A stretch of DNA of 64,000 nucleotides, taken from an uncultured delta proteobacterium. Its GTDB lineage: Bacteria > Desulfobacterota > RBG-13-43-22. The stretch is from NCBI GenBank assembly GCA_963743305.1, contig CAVUPH010000039.1, positions 52,913 through 116,912 of the forward strand. The letters run 5' to 3'. Position numbers and translations under genes: made by a program. Below are positions 19,885-30,043 of this stretch, in pieces; positions within the stretch are counted from its first letter, which is position 1; each line of letters begins with the position of its first letter. Below the pieces are notes generated by a model. It was given only the letters and a program-made list of their open reading frames with translations, did not search any database and was not told the origin of the DNA.

Positions 19885-22366
19885 TTGACTGCCATGGAAG
19901 CCCAAACCGTAAAAATCGATATGCACCTCCACTCCAAGTACTCCCGCAACCCTTCCACCTGGATCCTGAAAAAAATCGGCTGCCCGGAAAGTTTTTCCGA
20001 GCCCCTGCGCCTTTATCAACTGGCCCGGCAACAAGGGCTGACCCATGTCACCATCACCGACCACAATCAACTGGATGGGTCTCTGGATATCGCCCACCTG
20101 CCGAACGCCTTTGTCAGCGAGGAAGTCACCACTTATTTTCCGGAAGACCGCTGCAAACTCCATGTCCTGGTTTACCGAATCGATGAGGCCATCCACCGGG
20201 AAATACAAACCCTCCGGGAAAATGTCTTTGAGCTGGCGCCCTACCTCCGTTCCCGGGGAATTTTTCACGTGCTGGCCCACCCCCTTTACGGGGTCAATGA
20301 ACGGCTGACGCTCCGTCATTTCGAACAATGCCTGTTGCTGTTCAATTATTTCGAGCTGAACGGGGCCCGGGACGGGCAACTCAATGTCCTGTTGCGGGAC
20401 CTCCTTTCCCGCCTCCGCACGGGAGGACCTGGACAAGCTGGCCGATCGGCACCACCTGGCCCCTTACGGAGACCGGCCCTGGGAAAAGCATCTGACCGGG
20501 GGCTCCGACGATCACAGCACCCTGTCCCTCGGGCGGCAATATACGGAGGTGCCCGGCGCCCGGACGCTGAATGACTTTTTTCAGGGTCTGGAACAGGGGC
20601 GGTCCGTCGTCGCCGGAGAGGCTTCCTCCCCGGCCTCGCTGGCTCGCACCCTCTACAGCATTGCCTACCAATTTTACTGCCACAAGTTCAAGTTGGACAA
20701 GTATCTCCATAAAGACCTGCTCCTGCGCCTGTTGCACCGTTTTCTCCATTCACCGCAGCAGGGGGAATCCCGGCTGGTCTCCAAGGTCTACGACCTGTTC
20801 CAGGTCCACCTGCGGTCCTCCAAAACCCAGCAAACCCTGCAGTCCCTCCCGGATTACCTGCGTTTCGAAATCTATAAGTTGCTGGCCGGCGACCCGGCCT
20901 TGAAACAATTCCTGAAGAATGGCGATGATCAAACCCGGCCGCTGGAGGAAAAGTGGTTTTCCCTGGTCAACCAGATTTCCAACCGCATTCTTTTCCAGAT
21001 CGGAAACGTCCTCTTGGATAACCTGTCCCAAGGAAACGTCTTCGGCCTTTTCCAAGCCGTAGGTTCCGCCGGTTCGCTGTATTTCCTCCTGGCCCCCTAT
21101 TTCATCGCCTTTTCCCATTTCGCCCAGGACCGGCAACTGGCCGGAGAGATCAGCCGATCCTGTCCCCTCGGCCCGCCCGACCGCGCCAAACGCCCGGCGC
21201 CTGAGGATCGCCCATTTTACCGATACCTTTTATCAGGTCAACGGGGTGGCGCTGACCCTCCAGCAACAGGTGGCCATGGCCAAAAAGAACAACAAGCGGC
21301 TCACGGTCGTCACCTGTGACTGGATCGACGAACAGGACACTGAACCGGAAATCAAGAAATTTCGCCCTGTCGGATCCTACGACCTGACCGAGTACCCGGA
21401 ATTCAAACTTCATTTTCCGCCTTTCCTGGAAATGCTGCAGTACTGTTACCGGGAACAATTCACCGCCATCCACACGGCCACCCCGGGTCCGGTCGGGCTG
21501 GCGGCCCTGGCGATCGCCCGCATCCTGAAGCTGCCCTGTTACAGCACCTATCACACCTCGATCCCGCAGTACGCCCGCTACCTGACCGAGGACCCCGATA
21601 TCGAAGATCTCGCCTGGAAATATATCTGCTGGTATTACGACCAGATGGACCGGGTCTATGTCCCCTCCCAAAGCACCCGGCAGGAATTGATCGGAAAAGG
21701 CCTGGCCGCGGACAAGATCCAACTCTTCGCCCGGGGCATCGATACGCAGCGGTTTCATCCGGACAAGCGGAACGGTTATTTTGAGGCCCGTTTCCCCGTC
21801 CGGCCGGGGTTCAAGCTCCTCTACGTCGGCCGGGTCTCCAAAGAAAAAAACCTGCGGGTCTTAGGCGAGGCCTATAAGCGGCTCTGGCGCCAGCGAAAAG
21901 ACCTGCAGCTCATTATTGTGGGGGACGGTCCCTATTTGAAAGAATTTCAAGACTGGATGAGTGATACCCCCTGTCTGTTTACCGGGTATTTAGACGGGGA
22001 GGACCTGGCGGCGGCCTATGCCTCGGCCGATCTGTTCATCTTTCCCCAGCAGCACGGATACCTTCGGGAATGTCATTCTGGAGGCCCAGGCCTCGGGATT
22101 GCCGGTCATTGTGACCGACCAGGGCGGGCCCAGGAAAACATTCTGTCCGGTGAAACGGGGCTGATCGTCCCCGCGGATGACCCCCAAGCCCTCGGCGACG
22201 CCGTGGAAAACCTGTTGGCCGATCCGCTGCGCCTGAAACGCATGGGACAGGCGGCGCGGCAGTTTCTGGAAGACCGTTCCTTCGAAAAGGCTTTCCAGGA
22301 AACCTGGGAGATGTACCGCCACCCACTCCAACCCCGGGCAGAGCGTCCTGGCCGAAAGCCGTATGA
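19885..22366 (+). CDS. PHP-domain / GT4 glycosyltransferase fusion (several frameshifts)
   Basis: PHP motifs DMHLHS, ITDHN, SEE, LAHP and GGSDDH; GT4 motifs F.D.F.QVNGVA, HTATPGPVG, YVGRVSKEKN and DLFIFP..(DTFGNVILEAQASG in shifted frame). Likely true stop ...KAV* at 22366. Confidence 0.8.
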
Positions 22367-22428
22367 ATCCGGAATGACAGTCCAAGACCAAGGCCAAAAA
22401 ACCATTTCCTACTGCAAAGGAACCCGCA

Positions 22429-23730
22429 ATGTCCAACCTCTATATTTTAGACACCAATGTCCTGCTGCACGATCCGAACGCCCTATTTGCCTTTCAGGAA
22501 AACGAAGTCATCATTCCGCTGGCCGTGGTGGAGGAAATCGACAACCAGAAAAAAAGGCAGGACGAAATCGGCCGCAATGCCCGGGTGGTCTCCCGGAAAC
22601 TGGATGCCCTGCGGGTCCACGGCAATCTGGCGGAGGGATTACCCCTGCCTACGGGCGGGCGACTGCGCATCGAGTTAAACCACCAGGATTGGCACAGCCT
22701 CCCGGCCGCCCTGGATACCCAGAAGTTCGACAATCGCATCCTGGCCGTGGCGCATTATTTCAACCGCCGCCAGGAAGGCGGCACGGTCCTGGTCACCAAG
22801 GACTTGAACCTGCGGATCAAAGCCGACGTACTGGGGATTCAGGCTGAGGATTATCAGTCGGAAACGGTCAATTATCAGCGCCTGTATACCGGGGCCGGGG
22901 AACGGAACCTGAACGCCGAGGAACTCAACCGCTTCTACCGGGAAGGCCAGGTGCAGGTCTCCGATCCCGGCACCGCCTTGCCCCATCAGTTTTTCATTCT
23001 CCGCAGTCAAGACAGCCCCTCCCAGTCCGCCCTGGCCCGGCACTTCCGGGACACCCTCCTGCCCCTGTCCCACGGAGAGACCACCAATTGGGGCGTTAAG
23101 GCCCTGAACAAGGAACAAAAATTCGCCCTGGAGCTGTTGTTGCACGATCCGATCAAGGTGGTCACCCTGGTAGGCAAGGCCGGCACCGGCAAGACCCTGC
23201 TGGCCCTGGCCGTGGGGTTGGAAAAAGTAATCGAGCAAAATCAATTTACCCGGCTGTTGATTACCCGTCCGGTTATCCCCATGGGACAGGACATCGGCTA
23301 TCTCCCCGGTTCCAAGGAAGAAAAGCTGCGCCCCTGGATGCAGCCCATTTTCGACAATCTGGAGTTTCTCTCCAATAGCGCCTCACAGCCCTCGGCGGTG
23401 GTGGAGGATTTACTGGAACGGGGCCTGATCGAGATGGAGGCGCTGACCTACATCCGCGGCCGCAGCATTCCCCGACAGTTCATCATCTGCGACGAGGCCC
23501 AAAACCTTTCCCCCCACATGATCAAGACCCTGATCACCCGGGTCGGCCGGGGGACCAAGATCGTCTTTACCGGGGACCCGGAGCAGATCGATCATCCCTA
23601 CCTGGACGCCAACAGCAACGGCTTGAGCTACCTGGTGGAAAAGCTGAAAGGCGAGGAGATCACCGGCCACGTGACCTTGATCAAAGGGGAAAGGTCCCAA
23701 GTGGCCGAGTTGGGGGCCCGGTTGTTATAA
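22429..23730 (+). CDS. phoH: PIN-domain PhoH-family ATPase (PhoH2/YlaK type)
   Basis: PIN YILDTNVLLHDP...DNRIL...LVTKD; PhoH GKAGTGKT, GYLPG, YIRGRS, DEAQN and TGDPEQID. Confidence 0.9.
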   Translation: MSNLYILDTNVLLHDPNALFAFQENEVIIPLAVVEEIDNQKKRQDEIGRNARVVSRKLDALRVHGNLAEGLPLPTGGRLRIELNHQDWHSLPAALDTQKFDNRILAVAHYFNRRQEGGTVLVTKDLNLRIKADVLGIQAEDYQSETVNYQRLYTGAGERNLNAEELNRFYREGQVQVSDPGTALPHQFFILRSQDSPSQSALARHFRDTLLPLSHGETTNWGVKALNKEQKFALELLLHDPIKVVTLVGKAGTGKTLLALAVGLEKVIEQNQFTRLLITRPVIPMGQDIGYLPGSKEEKLRPWMQPIFDNLEFLSNSASQPSAVVEDLLERGLIEMEALTYIRGRSIPRQFIICDEAQNLSPHMIKTLITRVGRGTKIVFTGDPEQIDHPYLDANSNGLSYLVEKLKGEEITGHVTLIKGERSQVAELGARLL

Positions 23731-23815
23731 CAAATCGTTATCGGAATACCGCTTTACAGGCCCCGGTTCGCCTCCCTCTGGAGCCGACGATGATTCTTCA
23801 TTTGTTTGCAAGAAA

Positions 23816-23860
23816 TTCACCAATTCACCACTGATTATTAACACAAACCTGCTATATATT
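23816..23860 (+). promoter_or_regulatory. Pho-box-like promoter
   Basis: TTCAC(23816), ACCAC(23827), TTAAC(23838) at an 11-bp period, followed by TATATA/TATATT at 23853-23860. Confidence 0.45.
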
Positions 23861-23981
23861 CCCTGACTCAAGACCGAAGACCAGGCAGTCGCTCCTGGGT
23901 TATGGCTATCAGCCGGATCTGGAGGAAGGTATCATCGCGGAATTTGACCGGGCAATTAGAAACTATGTTGAGCCGGAAGAC

Positions 23982-24299
23982 TTGGGAAAGGGGTCCATCG
24001 AGGTGAAAAACTGTTGGGGCGAGATGGAAAAACTCCCGCTGAAAGACCCTATCCGCATTCTTTGCCTGGATACCAGGCAAAAGGCCAGTTATATTATCAT
24101 TCAACGGGGGATCACCATGCACTCCCGTATAACCTTCCGGAAAGCCGGTGAACTGCTTAGGGCCTTCCCGATCGATCTGATTTTTTCCCAACGGCAAGGC
24201 CTGGTCCTCTACCGTGGCCATTTTATCACGGAGATTCCCCAACCTCTCCGGGAAAAAGTCCTGGCTTTTCTGCCGGAAGAAGAACAGCGAGCCGCCTGA
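23982..24299 (+). CDS. Hypothetical protein (start uncertain; frame open from 23835)
   Basis: Protein-like composition (YGYQPDLEEGIIAEFDRAIRNY...DPIRILCLD...); no recognised domain. Confidence 0.35.
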   Translation: MGKGSIEVKNCWGEMEKLPLKDPIRILCLDTRQKASYIIIQRGITMHSRITFRKAGELLRAFPIDLIFSQRQGLVLYRGHFITEIPQPLREKVLAFLPEEEQRAA

Positions 24300-24463
24300 T
24301 ATCGAAGAGGGTACGGCTTGGACCATCCCCGCCACCGCTGGTAGGCCCAAACCGTTAGTCCTTCTTCATCCATTTATTTCGGATAACCAATCCCGTTTCC
24401 AAGAGTCCGGACCCTAAAAAAAGCAGGGTGCCGGGTTCCAAGGCGGGTGAGGTGGGACCCCCA

Positions 24464-26389
24464 CTATAGACTCGAAATAAGGCTGAACAATCGCCGGCCT
24501 TCAGGCCGCGTTGGCGGTCTGAGGGCTTTCGGCCTCTTCCGCCCCGGGAAACCGGCCAAGGACCTCGGCCGGATCGGGGTCTGATGGTGGCTTAGGAAGA
24601 AGTCGGCGCCTGCTTTTCCCAGGTATTTTTCCAGCACCACCGGGTTGGTCTTGGCCAGGTCCACCAAAATCAATCCGTCCACCACCCGGCTGAATTGGGC
24701 ATCGATATTGAAGCCCAACAGCTTACCCCCTAATTTCAAATACTGTTTCAAGAAAATGGGAATGCCTTTCTGATCCGCTTCCAGTTCGGCGATCCAATCC
24801 GATACCTCGGCCGCATCCCGGATCATGGAAGCCACCGCCTGGTCCATCCAGCCCTTGCGGAGGTCCTGCCGGTAGGGGCGCTTGGCCTTGACCCAGCGGG
24901 CCAGCTCCGGACGATAATTTTGCTCCCGCAAGAATTTTATCAGCAGGGTTTTAGAAACGCGCCGGTAGTCGTCGCTGATGCTCACCGGCCCGAAGAGAAA
25001 GCGGTACCGGGGGTAGCGGACCACATACTGCCCGATGCCTTTCCAGAGCAGCATCAGGGTACTGAAGGCCTTTTGGTATTCCCGGCGGATGAAGGATCGC
25101 CCCAATTCCAGGGCGGGATGAACCTGCAGGAAAAAGTCGTTGTGAAATTTAAATAGGGAGGTGGTGTAAAGCCCTTTCTTCCCGTAGCGGCTTAAAATCA
25201 AATCCGTGGGCCCCAGACGGTAAGACCCCACCACTTCAAGGGTCTTCTTCTGCCAAAGAATCAGGTGGTGATAATGCGAGTCAAAAAGGTCCAGGTCGAT
25301 GGATTCTCCGGTCCCCTCCCCGGCCTCCCGGAAAGTGATTTCCCGCAACCGGCCCACTTCCCTTAAAACATATGGGATCTGAGAGGCGCGGGCCCAGAAA
25401 ACCTGCAAAGTCTTCCTGCTCCAGGAGCATCTGAGCATCGGGCAGATTGCGGACTTCTTCCAGCAGGAAATTCTTAACGGTGGGAACGACCAGAGGCTTC
25501 CAGGCCCGTCTCCGCTTCACCTGCTGCTTTTCTGCACTCTTTTGATTCAGAGGCAAGACGCTTACCCAGCAGATAGGTTCGCTGCCGGAGATAGTCGATC
25601 AGCTCCCGATCGTTTGGAAAACGCTCTATTTTTTTGAAGGGGATCGGCTGACCGATCTTGATTTCAATCCGGGAATCCATTTTGTTCAGCAGCTCATGGG
25701 ACAGCATGGCCGTCCGGAGCAGCGGGTGGATCAATCCCAGGAGATGAAACCAGGCGCTGTTTCTTCCCTGAAAATAGACCGGAACCACCGAGGCCCTGGT
25801 TTTCCTGATCAGGCCGGCCACCAGCTCTCCCCACTCCGGGTCGGTGATGGACCTCTTTTTCAAATGCCAGTGGGAGACTTCACCGGCCGGGAAAATCCCC
25901 AGCAGGTTTCCGTTTTTCAGCCAGTCGATGGACTCCCGCAGACCCTTTAAGGTTCTTCCCGGCCGATTCTTTCCGTCCAAAAGGGTCCACGAAAATCAGG
26001 TGATCCCGCACTTCCGGGATCCGTTCCAAAAGATAATTGGCCATGATCTTCACATCCGGCCGGACCTTGAGGAGCAGATCGGCCAGGACGAGGCCTTCGA
26101 TGCCTCCAAAAGGATGGTTGGCGACTACCACGACCGGTCCCCGACGGGGCAGACGGGCCCGGTCAAGCTCGGATATTTGGTAGCCGATGCGCAGTTGGGC
26201 CAGCGACCGCTCGAAGAAGGATCGGTCGTCCGATCCCCCGGCCACCTGGTCGTACATCCTGTTCAGGCGGGGAAAGGACAGCGCCCGTTCCAGAGAGGCC
26301 TCGATCAGAGGAAAAAATTTGCGGGGCCAGGGGCGATTGAACTGAAAATCTAATTTAAAGGGGAGGACTTCCGACCTTGTTGCTTCCAT
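24464..26389 (-). CDS. LPLAT + GNAT (OlsB-like) bifunctional acyltransferase, OlsF-like ornithine lipid synthase (two frameshifts)
   Basis: N-terminal VVVANHPFGGIEG and IFPAGEV (acyltransferase); C-terminal REVGRLREITFR...DLDLFD..Y, VGSYR, LELGRSF, LLWKGI and FGPVSIS (Acetyltransf_5). RBS GGAGG precedes ATG 26389. Confidence 0.78.
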
Positions 26390-26435
26390 GACCTACCTCC
26401 TTTTTTTAAGGTTTACAGCCAGTTTCTGGAAAAAG

Positions 26436-26489
26436 GTTTTACCGGAACTGCGTGGCAATTTGATGGTGCGGAGGTGAAAATTAGATAAC
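26436..26489 (-). promoter_or_regulatory. Pho-box-like promoter of the olsF-like gene
   Basis: Minus strand GTTAT, TTCAC, ACCAT, GCCAC at an 11-bp period (26489-26452), then TAAAAC 15 nt after the start of the last repeat. Confidence 0.5.
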
Positions 26490-26521
26490 TTATTAATATT
26501 TCGGTATTTTTAAATGAATAT

Positions 26522-26575
26522 TTAACAAAATTGATAGAATTCCTTCATCAAACTGTCACATTCCTACTATATCTT
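26522..26575 (+). promoter_or_regulatory. Pho-box-like promoter of the zinc-ribbon/HMA2 pair
   Basis: TTAAC(26522), GATAG, TTCAT(26544), GTCAC(26555). CCTTCATCAAACTGTCACA is close to the E. coli Pho box CTGTCATAAAACTGTCAC. TATCTT at 26570; ATG at 26582. Confidence 0.65.
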
Positions 26576-26581
26576 GGGGTC

Positions 26582-26932
26582 ATGGTTGATAAGGACACTA
26601 CTCCAATTCGATGTCCCCACTGCGAGTCCGAGGCTATCTATCGCTATGGCAAGACCTGGAACAAGAAACAGCGTTACTTCTGCCTGGTCTGCAGCCGGCA
26701 ATTCGTCCTCGATCCTGAAAGGGTATCGATGAAGGAGAAACCGACCTGCCCGGCATGCGGCCGGCCCATGCACGTCTATCGCCGTTATCCCCGGGTGATC
26801 CGGTTCCGTTGTTCCGGCTATCCCGACTGCCGCCACTATCTCAAAATGTTTCTCAAAGGAGGAATGTGCTACAATGAGCTACTACGTCCATCAAGTTCCT
26901 GGCCGACTGCGTATCAAATCGCCCTCGATTAA
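26582..26932 (+). CDS. Double zinc-ribbon protein (InsA-like N-terminal ribbon + topoisomerase-type C4 ribbon)
   Basis: CPHC...YRYGK...QRYFCLVCSRQF, then CPAC...FRCSGYPDC; no DDE transposase part and no inverted repeats. Confidence 0.65.
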   Translation: MVDKDTTPIRCPHCESEAIYRYGKTWNKKQRYFCLVCSRQFVLDPERVSMKEKPTCPACGRPMHVYRRYPRVIRFRCSGYPDCRHYLKMFLKGGMCYNELLRPSSSWPTAYQIALD

Positions 26933-27245
26933 AAACAATCAGACGGAAGCGGTGGTGGTGGAAAATCTTCTGAAGGAAATGGAAGGTATTAAATCCACCT
27001 CGGTCAGCACCCTGACCGGCAGCGTGGTAGTAAATTATGACTCTCGGATGGTCAGCGATCAAATGATCATCTCCCGATTGACCGACCTGGGACATTTTAA
27101 GCCGGCCCAGGCCAAAACCAACGACGAATATATCCAGGGGGCCTTTTCCACTGCCGGAGAGATCGTCTGGAAGGCCTTCTTCGGTTCTTTTGTGGATGTC
27201 GCCCTGGCCGGCACGCCGATATCATTTGTCTCCGTTTTGATGTAA
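26874..27245 (+). CDS. HMA2-domain protein with C-terminal hydrophobic segment
   Basis: MSYYVHQVPGRLRIK...GIKSTSVSTLTGSVVVNYD (HMA2 pattern, no CxxC); RBS GGAGG. Confidence 0.75.
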   Translation: MSYYVHQVPGRLRIKSPSIKNNQTEAVVVENLLKEMEGIKSTSVSTLTGSVVVNYDSRMVSDQMIISRLTDLGHFKPAQAKTNDEYIQGAFSTAGEIVWKAFFGSFVDVALAGTPISFVSVLM

Positions 27246-27284
27246 TAATCCCCCAAAGCTCTTTTCTTGTCTCAACCCTCCTTC

Positions 27285-27313
27285 ATGCCCCGGTATCCGG
27301 GGCATCTTTTTTT
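27285..27313 (+). terminator. Rho-independent terminator
   Basis: ATGCCCCGG-TAT-CCGGGGCAT followed by CTTTTTTT. Confidence 0.75.
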
Positions 27314-27454
27314 GGTAACCTGTTCGGCCCGGATTAGAAGTCCGGAGTACCTTTGGAAAATCCTTCGCCGAGACCCGGCAGCCTCACCAAATTGGTGGGA
27401 CCTCCCCAAAGGGGAAAACGCCTTTTAAATGAAAGGACGCCTTCCGGATCTTGT

Positions 27455-27742
27455 TCAATCGGCCCTCTGCCCGCCGGGCAGTCCTTTTTTCTTGAAATAA
27501 TTATTGGGCTTGGGTCTCCCGGCCTTGGCGGACGCCCACTGGTAAAATACCGGCAGGGGCGGGGACCCAGCCAATTCCTTGATAATCCTGTTCACATCCC
27601 GGTCCGATTCTTTCCCGGCGTTGACCTTTAAGATCTGCGGGCAATCACGGCAAACCTCATAACTCAAATCGCGAAGGGCCCTTTCCTGTCGCTTCCGGCA
27701 GGTGCCGACTTTCATCGTGGCTTTTAGTCTTTTACAAAACAT
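27455..27742 (-). CDS. Small basic Cys-containing hypothetical protein
   Basis: RBS GGTGAGG; C..(C)..CRDC; a Pho-box-like promoter lies upstream at 27904-27935. Confidence 0.45.
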   Translation of the reverse strand: MFCKRLKATMKVGTCRKRQERALRDLSYEVCRDCPQILKVNAGKESDRDVNRIIKELAGSPPLPVFYQWASAKAGRPKPNNYFKKKGLPGGQRAD

Positions 27743-27903
27743 GGGTGCCTCACCTTCCTGAAATTGGGTACTTACAGTTTCATAACTATTCTCTATGATC
27801 TCTGGGTGCTCTGTGAGAGATCGTCTTTGGTCTTTGGTTGTGAATAGGCGGCGTTAATGAATCCGGTCAATATTATTTTGTGACCGCCAATAACCTAAAT
27901 ACG

Positions 27904-27935
27904 AATTTACCAGGGAAGCGTTACAGGAATATGAA
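27904..27935 (-). promoter_or_regulatory. Pho-box-like promoter
   Basis: Minus strand TTCAT-ATTCCT-GTAAC, then TAAATT 15 nt after the start of the last repeat; a CGGTCA-N11-TGACCG palindrome lies just downstream (27864-27886). Confidence 0.5.
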
Positions 27936-28009
27936 GGAAAGGTTTTTTTTAGGGATTAAACTCGGTGGCCGGACCCGGTTTTCGAGAGGAGAGACGACTG
28001 GATAACTGG

Positions 28010-28045
28010 AATAGGGAACCGGCGGGCAATCACCGGTTCCCTATT
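28010..28045 (-). terminator. Terminator-like hairpin after the metallophosphoesterase gene
   Basis: AATAGGGAACCGG...CCGGTTCCCTATT 13-bp stem. Confidence 0.55.
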
Positions 28046-28134
28046 ATTGGGTTGATTAGTTCAGTCTCTCTTTTGTCAAGTGACCTGTCTTTGACGGCAA
28101 GTCGGTCTCCGCTCCATCACGACCAAGATCTCTT

Positions 28135-29466
28135 TTATTGGGCAAACCGGCTCACGGCAAAATCACCGTTGTGATTGATAACCGCCCAGGCCGTATTGGT
28201 TTCCCGATCGAGGCCGTGCGTTCCCAACGGGTATTCGGCTTTCCACGGGCCGGCGACGAATTTTTTGAAGCTGGTTCCTGAATTCAACTCCACGGCATTG
28301 ACCCACCGGCCCCGTTCATTCTTGGCCACGAGGCCGGAACCGCCCCGACCCACTTTGTTTCGGTCAAAGGTCATCGAAAGGGCGTAGGTGTCGGTCTGAT
28401 CGCTCCCCAGGTCGGCCATACCCCATCGGAATAGTATTCAAGGGTCAGGCGGGGACCGTCGACGGTGAAGATGTAAAAACCCACGGCGTACCTTTCCCGA
28501 GACAGGGAGGTCTGGGCCCTTTTCTGACCGTACCACTTGGGGTCATCCAGGGTCTTGGGCGTATAGAATTTGCTGCTGTTGGAGGCGCAGATCAGTTCCC
28601 GGGCTTTGTAGGCCCCGTTCGGACTGACGATGATGGAGCGCTGGTGGATGTGGTCGTGGCCAATGATGTAGTAGGCGGCGTTGTTGAGCTGCAGGCTGGC
28701 AAAGAAAGCATCTTGCCAAGCCGGGTGGGCATTCGCGTATCCGGTGAAAGGCGAATCCTGGTGGTTTTCACCCATCAGATTCTGGTGGGAGAAGACGAAA
28801 ACATGTCCCGGACCGCGGGTGTTTTTATCAAGACGGCTGCTGATCCAGTCCTGCTGGTCGTCGACGGAGTAGCCATACATGTAATAGGGCGAAGGGGTTC
28901 ACGCTCTTGCTGGGGGTTACCCAGGGGTCGATGATGACGAAGCGGGCGTCATTGCCCGCGGTACCGTAATCGAAAGAGTAACTCATGCCGTCCAGGTCGG
29001 CGCTGACCGACGTCGGGCTGTTGAAGTTCGTCGCGCCGAAGGTGTTCCCCCTGCCTCGGGTCTGCGGGAAGCTTTTCCTAAATTGAGTGATGCCGTAATT
29101 ATTGTTCCCGTTGGGTTTGGCATACGTCTCGTGATTGCCGCGCATGGGGAAGAAGCCGATCTTGGAATCATACAACAGTTGCACGGCGGCGGCACGGGTG
29201 GCGATATCCGTGTCGTTGCCGTTTTCGGTTAGGTCGCCGACCTGGATAACGAACTTTACGCCGTGCTTGATGAACTGCTCATTGAGCTGTTCGATAATTG
29301 AAACCGGGACCCCGTTGGGATTCTTTCCGGCCGGGTCGGCAGGAGCCGTCCATTGCGTGTCGGCCATGACCCCGAATTTCCAGGGTTCAGCCGATGCGGA
29401 TCCTATCCCGACCAGCAGCCCGGTGATTAAGACCAACAGGGCGCTTAAACCAAAGATTCTTTTCAT
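28135..29466 (-). pseudogene. Secreted calcineurin-like metallophosphoesterase, shorter paralogue (frameshift near 28890; out-of-frame internal deletion near 28425)
   Basis: Signal peptide; DTQ, QVGD, GNHE, FSH and GHDHIH motifs. The C-terminal WGMADLG...AWAVIN domain is joined directly after YYSD, whereas the paralogue has roughly 120 more residues there. Confidence 0.7.
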
Positions 29467-29506
29467 CCTTCCCTCTCCTTTCAAAATTCTTAAATCTGCT
29501 CTTTTA

Positions 29507-29537
29507 ATTTTAGCGGGCTGTGTTACAGTTTGATGGC
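29507..29537 (-). promoter_or_regulatory. Pho-box-like promoter of the metallophosphoesterase gene
   Basis: Minus strand GCCAT-CAAACT-GTAAC, then TAAAAT 14 nt after the start of the last repeat. Confidence 0.55.
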
Positions 29538-29959
29538 CAATTGGGGTCGATTTGAAGTTCTCCCCCCCTCCCTTTTAGACCCTCTCGGGAAATGAATACG
29601 AAGGAAAGTTTTTTTAGGCTTCGTTCGCGATGGAGGCGAAGAAACCCACCCACCCGATCATTGCGAGGGGTGAAGCGACAAATCGATCCTCGACAATTGG
29701 ATGATGGTCAGATAATGGTTTTTTAACCGAATTGTCATACTGGCCGACGTCCTTCGATTTTGCACCCGGCAATCTTTCAGAAAGCCTACCGAAAACTGAA
29801 TTCCCCTCCTGGAGTTCATTTCCTTCCCTGTAATTGAATCTTTATCAGCCGGTCATCCTCCCGTTACATTCCTCCGGTATGGTACTCCCCAACGTTCGGA
29901 TCACCGAGGTGATTCGGACTTATTAAAGATGTCATAATTGTCTGTACATACCACCGACC

Positions 29960-30043
29960 GTCATCCCCGAGTGTTTTTGTCGGGGATCCAGAATCGTAGC
30001 AGATAGGGGCTGGATTCCCGCCCAGAAGCACTGCGGGAATGAC
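29960..30043. repeat. REP-doublet-like palindromic element
   Basis: GTCATCCCCGAG...TCGGGGATCCAG...CTGGATTCCCGC...GCGGGAATGAC. Confidence 0.7.

Noticed and set aside
21246-22847. Glycosyltransferase extending 400 bp into phoH
   Set aside because: The extension results from a frameshift near 22330-22345; the alternative frame stops at 22366 before phoH.
26582-26932. IS1-family insertion sequence
   Set aside because: Only an InsA-like zinc ribbon is present; there is no InsB/DDE domain, terminal inverted repeat or target duplication, and it has its own promoter and a coupled partner gene.
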